Below, in pieces: positions 48,800 to 55,496 of a stretch of 64,000 nucleotides of DNA. The notes beneath the pieces are model-generated. The model did no database searches, was not told the DNA's origin, and was given only the letters and a program-made list of their open reading frames with translations. The stretch comes from Acidimicrobiia bacterium. GTDB lineage: Bacteria > Actinomycetota > Acidimicrobiia > Acidimicrobiales > Bin134. The stretch lies in contig VYCQ01000035.1 in assembly GCA_009843865.1 (NCBI GenBank), positions 27,978 through 91,977 on the forward strand, in the 5' to 3' direction. Each line of letters begins with the position of its first letter. Within the stretch, counting starts at the first letter, position 1. The position numbers and the translations under genes are program-made.

Positions 48800-50110
48800 G
48801 TGCCTTCCGGATACAAACACCGACTCATGGCTGCAAGCTCCGCGAACCGGCTCTTGACCGAGGCGGGCGTGGACCAGGCGCGCCAGGTGGATGTGTTCGG
48901 CTTGATCGAAAGTCTCGGCTTGTGGCTCGCCTTTTTTCCGCTCGATGGGCTCTTGGGGGCGTACCTGCCAGAAGGGACAGGCGGCATCCTCATCACTACT
49001 GAACGTTCGACGCCAATCCAGCGGTACACCGCGGCGCACGAGCTCGGTCATTGGCGACTCGATGGCGGCCACGATGCTGTACTCGATACGGAGGCAGACG
49101 TGCTGGGACCCACCGACATCGAGCGGGAGACTCTTGCACAGGTTTTCGCTGGGGCGCTGCTGATGCCGCCCCCACTCGTTCACAGCATTCTGTCGCGCCG
49201 CAATGCAACGTCGCTTAGCCCATTAGCCGTCTACACAGTCGCCCGTGAAGCAGGTATCAGCTATGAGGCTGCTGCGAGGCAGCTGTACCATCTCGAACGG
49301 ATCACGCAGCACGAACTGCGAGAGCTGCTCAAGGTGCAGCCGCTAAAGGTCAAACAGGCAATTGGTGCCGGACGCCGACCAGTGGTCGGCATTGCGGACG
49401 TTTGGCCGGTTGACATGGCTTGGCGCGACCAACAACTCGACGTTCGGACAGATGACGAGATCATTATTTCGCTACCCGAAGACCGCAGTACCGGCTACAG
49501 GTGGTCGATCCCAGTCACCGGCCCAAGTCCACGACGCTCCGCATCACAGCCGCCTCCCCCCTTTGCCGAGGGCGAAATCTCGGACCAGGCCGAGCTAGAG
49601 ATGGCTAAACCGAAAGCAGAGCCACGTCGCAAGCCCCCAGGCCAAGCGATTGACCGAGCGCGTCAACCCGCGCCAAAGAAGAAACCGGAGCCACTTTCCA
49701 TTGCCGGTGGTCGGGCAACTGTGGTCGGCGATGTCTACATCGCAGATGGCTCCTCTCAGGCAATAACCGACTCGGCCATCCGGAGCCGTCGGCTCGCGAG
49801 ACTTGGCACCTCCGAAGCACGGGAAACTCTACAGCAGATTCGAAACGAGAAGATCGCCGTGGGCAAAGTAGGCCGCCGAGTCTTCGGCATTCGGCTGGAA
49901 AAACCAGGCAAAACAGAACTCCGGTTAGTGCTCCGCAACGAGTACAGCGATGCCGAACCAGTCGACGAGTACCGAATCACGGCGGCCGTTGAAACACCGA
50001 GAAAAACGTTCACCATCGATCAGATCAGCGATGGCGGCGACGACTGGGTAGAAATAACACGAGAGCGCCAACACTTGACCACCGCAGCATCGATTGATGA
50101 ATCCCTCTAA
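48800..50110 (+). CDS. ImmA/IrrE-family zinc metallopeptidase fused to a chagasin-like (I42) cysteine-peptidase inhibitor domain
   Basis: 436-aa ORF with a GTG start 3 nt after the XRE stop. The N-terminal half has 'AAHELGHWRLD' (HEXXH of the ImmA/IrrE, DUF955/M78 family). The C-terminal half has chagasin-like loops 'LPEDRSTGYRWSI' (compare NPTTGYxW), 'GKVGRRVFGIRL' and 'LRLVLRNEYSDAEPVDEYRITAAV'. These are split by a Pro/Lys/Ala-rich low-complexity insert of about 100 aa. Confidence 0.65.
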   Translation: MPSGYKHRLMAASSANRLLTEAGVDQARQVDVFGLIESLGLWLAFFPLDGLLGAYLPEGTGGILITTERSTPIQRYTAAHELGHWRLDGGHDAVLDTEADVLGPTDIERETLAQVFAGALLMPPPLVHSILSRRNATSLSPLAVYTVAREAGISYEAAARQLYHLERITQHELRELLKVQPLKVKQAIGAGRRPVVGIADVWPVDMAWRDQQLDVRTDDEIIISLPEDRSTGYRWSIPVTGPSPRRSASQPPPPFAEGEISDQAELEMAKPKAEPRRKPPGQAIDRARQPAPKKKPEPLSIAGGRATVVGDVYIADGSSQAITDSAIRSRRLARLGTSEARETLQQIRNEKIAVGKVGRRVFGIRLEKPGKTELRLVLRNEYSDAEPVDEYRITAAVETPRKTFTIDQISDGGDDWVEITRERQHLTTAASIDESL

Positions 50111-50113
50111 ACA

Positions 50114-50854
50114 ATGTCCAGGTATGATGCAAGGCGGCAGCGCAGCTTGGCTCGGCCACCAGTCGATTTAAGACCGACCCTCACGCCCGCAATCGACCAG
50201 GGAATCCGACCACTCTGCATCCCTATAGTCGTGACCGCCGCTCATGAAGCAAGTCGCACACAGCCTCCAGAGTCGCTCGCACCTGATGCCCTGTGGTCAA
50301 GTTGCGTCGCGAACGGCACAGCATCTCGTGAAGGCACAACACTGGAAGCAGTCGCCGATGCCCTCCAAACAGATGGCCAGCCCACTTTGGCAAACTGGCC
50401 ATTCAATACTGCGATCATTCACGAAGCCGATCAGATTCCGTTAACGGCCCAAGCATCCATCTGGCACCAAGCCAATTTGTCCTCCGTGCCGGTTGCCAAT
50501 GACGGCATCGAAGATGGAATCGAAGACCATCTGACGATAGGCCGCGCTGTGGCACTGATAGTTGAAGTCACGACGGAGTTCGAGCAGGCCACGCCCAATG
50601 ACACCATTGAAGTGCCCCCGTTGACTGCGCCGCAGGGCTCCTACCATGCCGTGTTGGTGGTTGGAGCTCGAACGCACGAAGGGGTTCGAGCTCTGCTGAT
50701 ACGAAACAGCTGGGGACCCGGATGGGGAGCAGGCGGCTACGGCTGGCTGCCATTGGACTATCTCATCGCGTTCGGAGCCCGGGCTGGCGCGATTGACCCG
50801 TCGAGCCTCACAAACAGCACACTGCCGAGCAGATGGGGGACCGACTCCTTATGA
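50114..50854 (+). CDS. Papain-like (C1 family) cysteine peptidase, no signal peptide
   Basis: 246-aa ORF. 'DQGIRPLCIP' places Gln and Cys with papain spacing (Q+6=C). 'GSYHAVLVVG' supplies the His and 'IRNSWGPGWGAGGYGWL' supplies Asn-Ser-Trp-Gly. The N-terminus is hydrophilic, which suggests a cytoplasmic protein. Confidence 0.75.
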   Translation: MSRYDARRQRSLARPPVDLRPTLTPAIDQGIRPLCIPIVVTAAHEASRTQPPESLAPDALWSSCVANGTASREGTTLEAVADALQTDGQPTLANWPFNTAIIHEADQIPLTAQASIWHQANLSSVPVANDGIEDGIEDHLTIGRAVALIVEVTTEFEQATPNDTIEVPPLTAPQGSYHAVLVVGARTHEGVRALLIRNSWGPGWGAGGYGWLPLDYLIAFGARAGAIDPSSLTNSTLPSRWGTDSL

Positions 50855-51378
50855 CAAACGAATCACTCACCCTTACCGAATACCAACGCCGATCCCAACG
50901 AACAGATCACTTCCCGCAGCTCAGCGATGACGAAATCGACCCGCTGCTGGGTCCTCTACTCGGACTCGCGGGTGAAATCGGAACGTTGCTCGCTGGCTAC
51001 AAGAAGCGGCTTCGAGATGGGGCCGCTTATGAACTCTTTGAGGACAATGTTGCAGAAGAACTCGGAGACATTCTGTGGTACACGACCAATGTCGCCGAAA
51101 AGGCCGGACTCTCGCTCGACGAGATCGCCCGAGTCAACCTGGCCAAAACCTCCGATCGATGGCCAGCCCGCGGCAGCCAATCGCCGAAATGCCGGAAACC
51201 ATCAGAGCACTTCGATGCCGGACTACCCCGACAGCATCAGCTTCCCCGCACATTCGCCGTGACGATTCGATCAGTCTCCAGCGACGGGCCCGAACCGCTG
51301 ATCGAGGTGATCTGGAATGGAAAACCCGTCGGCGACCCGCTTGGAGACAACACTTACGACGACAGCGGCTACCGTTAA
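50851..51378 (+). CDS. MazG-like nucleoside triphosphate pyrophosphohydrolase (N-terminal part of an apparently frameshifted gene)
   Basis: All-alpha NTP-PPase motifs 'LLGLAGEIGTLL' and 'VAEELGDILWYTTNVAEKAGLSLDEIARVNLAKT'. The ATG at 50851 overlaps the C1 peptidase stop (ATGA); an upstream ATG at 50833 is also possible. The frame ends at TAA 51376-51378, in the middle of a conserved-looking segment. Confidence 0.75.
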   Translation: MTNESLTLTEYQRRSQRTDHFPQLSDDEIDPLLGPLLGLAGEIGTLLAGYKKRLRDGAAYELFEDNVAEELGDILWYTTNVAEKAGLSLDEIARVNLAKTSDRWPARGSQSPKCRKPSEHFDAGLPRQHQLPRTFAVTIRSVSSDGPEPLIEVIWNGKPVGDPLGDNTYDDSGYR

Positions 51379-51775
51379 CCATGATGCGTTTCACCTGGCC
51401 AACGCCGCTGTCCTGGGTTGGTCGCCCGTGGCCCGGGGCAAGATCTTCAAGCGTAAGCGCCCAAAGGGAACAATAGCTACTGCCGTCGAGGACGGTGGTC
51501 GGGCAATCGTGATCGAAGAGGCGATCGCCGCATTCATGTTCAAGTACGCACACCAACACAATTTTCTCGAAGATGTGCGGCACCTCGACTATCACGCCCT
51601 CAAGACGTTTCGAACCTTCACCGCTGGCCTTGAGGTTGAACAGCGCCATCTCTGGGAAGTCGAGCAAGCCGTACTCCAAGGATTCGACGCATGGCAACAA
51701 CTCCGAAACAACAAAGGCGGAGTTCTGCGGGGCAACCTTGCCACCAGAAAGCTCACCTACACGCCGTTGGAATAA
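51374..51775 (+). pseudogene. MazG C-terminal-domain-like ORF in the +1 frame; probable 3' half of the MazG gene (frameshift, sequencing error or recoding)
   Basis: The frame of tracked ORF 51317-51775 reads ...VNHDAFHLANAAVLGWSPVARGKIFKRKRPKG..EDGGRAIVIEEAIAAFMF.... Deleting one A from 'ttaacc' (about 51375) gives the continuous read ...DNTYDDSGYRYHDAFHLANAAVLGW.... The only in-frame starts (ATG 51317, TTG 51341) would translate an out-of-frame copy of the MazG tail. Confidence 0.55.
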
Positions 51776-51913
51776 GAGTGAGTAGGCGGGTTACCATTCG
51801 CGCTCTCATCGGGCAAGACCAATTCTTGCGAGATGACGTGTAGACAAAAGGCCGACATCCACAGGTGAAGCCCATCTTCACCGTTCCGAGTGTCTTTTAC
51901 GGTCGCTGGGTGC

Positions 51914-53242
51914 TCAGTCGTGGAGGTCGTGTTTGAAGTCGTCGAAGAGAGTTGGGCGGACGACAAGCGGGATTTTCTTTACGCCTTCAAATACGCCGTT
52001 GATGTTCGTTGATGTTGCAGACCATCCGATGGCAAGATAACCCGATTCCCCCGGAGCATCCACAAGGATGCATAGTTCGGACGAACCGACGGATTCCGCA
52101 GGTCGCAGGTCGCCCGCATTCCACACGACCTCTACGGCTCTATCGATCTGGATGACGGAGAATTCGGGAGAGTCGAAAGAGGTAGTGAAATTGACTCTCG
52201 GCATCAACATGGCCGAGTCGATGCGTCCGATATCAAACAAACTAGCGCCTTTGCCAAACTGCCTAGGCTTATCTGGCAACCCGACTGCTTCCAACGGAAT
52301 ATCTTCCTTTATCTGGACTCCCTCGATATGTAACCGCACTTCAAGGCTAGCAAAATTTTGATCAGTCAGGTTGCGCAACCGGAGCGAATAAACTCCATAA
52401 CCCGCAAGCATGTAACTCTCTACCCAATGCTGCGGTGCTTTGTGGATCCACTGCGTATGCCATTTATTAACTTCAGACTCATACTTATCAAGCGAGCGCT
52501 GTTCTTTTCCATATACCGTGTCCATTACTGAACTAAAAGACTGTGAAAGAAAGACCTCAGTTTCACCTCCTGTCCCGTAAGCGCGAGCACGTTCAAGTTG
52601 CGAATCTCGTGAAAGATCTGCGATACGTGTAATCTCGGCTTCGACCGCGCTGCGGTTGAACCAACTCATGCGCTCCGCTCCGATGAGCAGCAGGTCGAGA
52701 TCAAGGCGAGCGTGCTTGGCGCGTTGGATGAGGTTCTCAACATCTTGATCATCTGCGCGGCAGGTCTTACCGTTCTTTCTAACGAAGATCGTGCCACGCT
52801 GAAAACCGTCGCACTCCTTGCGGAGAGTGTAGATGGGATCACCGGGCCGAGGTGGGGCGACTTCGATGACAGCGACGGTCTTGTCGTCAACTCTCACAGA
52901 GCGAAGCTGCCAGCTTGGACCCGTTGCTCCAATATAGGGATCAATCCAGTCGTGAAGCTGAGCAGGATCCATGTGGTTCACACCCACGATCGAACCGGGC
53001 TCCGCTCCCACAAGGATGTACCCGTAGCCACCGAGATTGCGAAGTGCGGTTTCAGGCATACGATTCGCCATGCCAAGAACATTCTTAGGCAACGGGAATC
53101 GACCCTCAGTAGATGAGAAATCAAGCGAGCGCTTCCACTCCAACCAATCGGACTCAACAAGGACTACCCCATCTCGAATCTCTTCTACTAGTACCCGAAC
53201 CCGTGCATCACTAAGCGATTCACGTTGCATCAAGATCTCCAT
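51914..53242 (-). CDS. AlbA_2 / Schlafen-like ('divergent AAA') DNA-binding domain protein with an uncharacterised C-terminal domain
   Basis: 442-aa ORF. The N-terminal 180 aa ('ESDWLEWKRSL...KNVLGMANRMP...GGYGYILVGAEPGSIVGV...VAVIEVAPPRPGDPIYTLRKE...GTIFVRKNGKTCRADDQDVENL') follow the AlbA_2 (PF04326-type) pattern. I recognise nothing in the remaining 260 aa. Confidence 0.55.
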   Translation of the reverse strand: MEILMQRESLSDARVRVLVEEIRDGVVLVESDWLEWKRSLDFSSTEGRFPLPKNVLGMANRMPETALRNLGGYGYILVGAEPGSIVGVNHMDPAQLHDWIDPYIGATGPSWQLRSVRVDDKTVAVIEVAPPRPGDPIYTLRKECDGFQRGTIFVRKNGKTCRADDQDVENLIQRAKHARLDLDLLLIGAERMSWFNRSAVEAEITRIADLSRDSQLERARAYGTGGETEVFLSQSFSSVMDTVYGKEQRSLDKYESEVNKWHTQWIHKAPQHWVESYMLAGYGVYSLRLRNLTDQNFASLEVRLHIEGVQIKEDIPLEAVGLPDKPRQFGKGASLFDIGRIDSAMLMPRVNFTTSFDSPEFSVIQIDRAVEVVWNAGDLRPAESVGSSELCILVDAPGESGYLAIGWSATSTNINGVFEGVKKIPLVVRPTLFDDFKHDLHD

Positions 53243-53362
53243 CTAAACACGTTCGTTCCGATCCCATTACACCAAAATGGCTAGTATTGAGCACAACCCA
53301 ACACCTAAGTCCAATGTCTCCACCGCACGGTCTCTATAATGCAACCTTGAGTGCTTATCATC

Positions 53363-53395
53363 GATATTAGTAATATCCTGATAGCATAATATCAA
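53363..53395. promoter_or_regulatory. Candidate operator: perfect 15-bp palindrome plus an adjacent degenerate copy in the AT-rich divergent intergenic region
   Basis: GATATTA-G-TAATATC (53363-53377) is a perfect inverted repeat, and GATAGCATAATATC follows at 53382-53395. It lies between the divergent AlbA_2-like and RHH genes. Confidence 0.4.
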
Positions 53396-53461
53396 GATAA
53401 CTTGCAGTAACACACCAAGGTATCTATGATTGTGGGAACGACCTAGCCCTAAGAATACTCC

Positions 53462-53680
53462 ATGACAGACACACCGAAGGCAATGACATTACGGCTTCCC
53501 GCTGACCAGGCTGATGCCTTGGAGTTGGTTGCTGAAGTCGATGGTGTGAGCGTTTCCGAAGCCATTCGAGATGCCATTGAAAGCCACATCGAGAGCCGCC
53601 GGGCCGACAATGGCTTCCAAGAAAGGCTTGCTGTTTCAATATCGCGCTATCAGCGGATCCTCAAACGCCTAGCTGAATAG
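53462..53680 (+). CDS. Ribbon-helix-helix (CopG/Arc-type) protein, antitoxin-like
   Basis: 72-aa ORF. 'MTLRLPADQADALELVAEVDGVSVSEAIRDAIESHI' has the beta-alpha-alpha RHH pattern. Confidence 0.7.
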   Translation: MTDTPKAMTLRLPADQADALELVAEVDGVSVSEAIRDAIESHIESRRADNGFQERLAVSISRYQRILKRLAE

Positions 53681-53839
53681 TGCGTGACGAACTACCTCGG
53701 GCTTGATGACGTTAAATCCTGGGGCTGCTCGTCCATATCGAATGCAAAGGAAACCTCAATCCCTGATTCCGTCTTTATAGGCCGAATTGGTGTATAGCCT
53801 AACTTTGGATCACCAAACGAGAACTGAGAACAAACCCCG

Positions 53840-54022
53840 CTACTCGTCGTTCGAACCGGAACTCTCTCCCAATGACGGTGTCTGAGAAGGTTCTGGGGGA
53901 GGCTGGAATAACCCGCTAGGCACATTCTCAGTACCAATCTTGGCTTCAGGAGTATAACCAGCGTCGAATCCTCTCTTCTCACTGCCTGCTGGCTTGGAGG
54001 AGGGCTGATCTCTTTTGGTCAT
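53840..54022 (-). CDS. Small ORF B (60 aa), paralogue of small ORF A
   Basis: MTKRDQPSSKPAGSEKRGFDAGYTPEAKIGTENVPSGLFQPPPEPSQTPSLGESSGSNDE. AAAGGA lies 8 nt upstream of the ATG at 54022. It shares the core GY[ST]PxAxxGTExVPxGLFxPP with ORF A. Confidence 0.45.
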   Translation of the reverse strand: MTKRDQPSSKPAGSEKRGFDAGYTPEAKIGTENVPSGLFQPPPEPSQTPSLGESSGSNDE

Positions 54023-54181
54023 TGGATAAATCCTTTGTGAACGATGGCCCACTTATCTCCCACCGTCGGTTCAAGGAGACTGATTATGGACATTGGCCAG
54101 CAGAGCATATAGCCCGAGGAAGCAACTGATGTCGATACCCACAATGGCGAGAAATGCTGGAACAGCGAAATGGGACCGAGA

Positions 54182-54346
54182 CTAATCGTCTGCAGCCGGA
54201 GGGCTTGCGGACGGATCTACTTGCGGTGATTCGAGTGGCGGGAACAGACCCTTAGGCACACCCTCAGTCCCTACCGAAGCGATAGGGGAATATCCGTTCT
54301 TATGTCGGATCTGATCCTCATACCTAGGTCTCCCGTTCTGAGTCAT
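54182..54346 (-). CDS. Small ORF A (54 aa), translationally coupled to the upstream membrane-protein gene; not in the supplied ORF track
   Basis: My own translation of the reverse strand gives MTQNGRPRYEDQIRHKNGYSPIASVGTEGVPKGLFPPLESPQVDPSASPPAADD. Its ATG (54344-54346) overlaps the TGA (54343-54345) of the membrane protein (ATGA). Confidence 0.5.
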   Translation of the reverse strand: MTQNGRPRYEDQIRHKNGYSPIASVGTEGVPKGLFPPLESPQVDPSASPPAADD

Positions 54347-55026
54347 TTTGCACCTTCCTCCTCGGATCCTGCCCCAAAAGGGATTGGAATAAAGTCTAGC
54401 GTCTCAATATCCCGTGACCTCAAATAAAGGCCCCCCTGAGTCCACGCATAGTCAGCGCCACGCGATATTACATCCCCTGTCTCTTGGTCAAATTGCACGG
54501 CGGCAGCAATATAAAGGTCCTGCTCAACCTTGCCATCTGATGCAAACGACGTTATATACCGACCACAATCGTAGAGACCGCCGACCCACCTCCCTGAGCG
54601 CAACCGACATCGAATAAAACCCGCTTCTCTGGAATCGAACAAATGATCCCACGCTGTTGGCGAACTACCTGGCCCCAAAGCCCTTGCCATCCGAGGGTAC
54701 CTTCGTGCATACCCGCGGAGTTTTAATCCAATCTGCCCTGCGCTCCAACCTGAAAAAGCTGGAACAGTGAGATACCCAATCGGGGCGAGATACACGGGCC
54801 AAGGCAACGTCTTGCCATCTACCAAATCACTCCAATAGTTCATATATAGCCAATGAAGTGGCCAAGCACCCACTGCTAGCCAACCCCCCGCCATACTAGC
54901 GTACCGCAAAAACCAGTCCTTAGCCTTCCCACTGTGTAACGGCCTGATCTGTCCATATGCCCACCCAAAAAACAAGCCAGGAAAAAGCGCAACAGTAAAG
55001 ATGAGAGAGGCACTAAAAACTGACAT
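54343..55026 (-). CDS. Membrane protein of unknown function (N-terminal TM helices plus C-terminal soluble domain)
   Basis: 227-aa ORF. It has hydrophobic segments 'VFSASLIFTVALFPGLFFGWAY', 'MAGGWLAVGAWPLHWLYM' and 'VYLAPIGYLTVPAFSGW', then 'PTAWDHLF...GRWVGGLY'. It may correspond to a DUF family, but I cannot name one with confidence. Confidence 0.6.
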   Translation of the reverse strand: MSVFSASLIFTVALFPGLFFGWAYGQIRPLHSGKAKDWFLRYASMAGGWLAVGAWPLHWLYMNYWSDLVDGKTLPWPVYLAPIGYLTVPAFSGWSAGQIGLKLRGYARRYPRMARALGPGSSPTAWDHLFDSREAGFIRCRLRSGRWVGGLYDCGRYITSFASDGKVEQDLYIAAAVQFDQETGDVISRGADYAWTQGGLYLRSRDIETLDFIPIPFGAGSEEEGAK

Positions 55027-55186
55027 CGCTTAACAAACTACCCGGCACCCAACGAATGGCCACTTCAGATCAGTGGAATATACTAGATACACTTAAAATT
55101 TCATAAAAAATATGGAGACTAAAGAACTTTAAGTTGAATCTGGGCCTGAGTCAAAAACTAAAAGACAAACTGTACTGCCATTGAGG

Positions 55187-55302
55187 ATGATGCACGAATG
55201 GGACGTTTCGACTGAAATGGGGGGTGATGATCACAGGCGAGCTGAAGAGCAAGATTAACGCTGTTTAAAATGACTTCTGGTCGGGTGGGGCTCGCACCCG
55301 CT
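55187..55302 (+). pseudogene. Degenerate duplicate of the hsdM upstream region and first ~25 codons (hsdM 5' remnant)
   Basis: 55208-55302 aligns with 56511-56606 at roughly 85% identity by eye, with weaker similarity extending about 20 nt further upstream. It translates as VMITGELKSKINAV*NDFWSGG, versus the intact hsdM MITGELKSKIDAVWNDFWSGG. Confidence 0.8.
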
Positions 55303-55496
55303 AGGAGTAATGAAGCAACTCATATATCTACACTCTGCAATCCTCTGCACAAAGCCAAGCCGCAGCAGCCATCTTTAGGATTTCCTGAAAGCAATCTCAG
55401 TACTGTCGCCATTTTAATATCGTTTTTTCGTATCGCCGCAAAAGACCGATAGAGTGCCGACCGGACAAACCGCACTGCATATGAAGTGAGGTAGCA

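Noticed and set aside
48229-49183. Long minus-strand ORFs (266 aa at 48229-49029, 180 aa at 48641-49183) antisense to the XRE and ImmA genes. Similar ORFs occur at 51134-51700 (-), 47819-48229 (-) and 45969-46469 (-).
   Set aside because: They are Arg/Ser/Pro-rich with no recognisable motifs. They lie opposite ORFs that have clear family signatures, in a GC-rich region where stop-free antisense frames are expected. I treat them as shadow ORFs.
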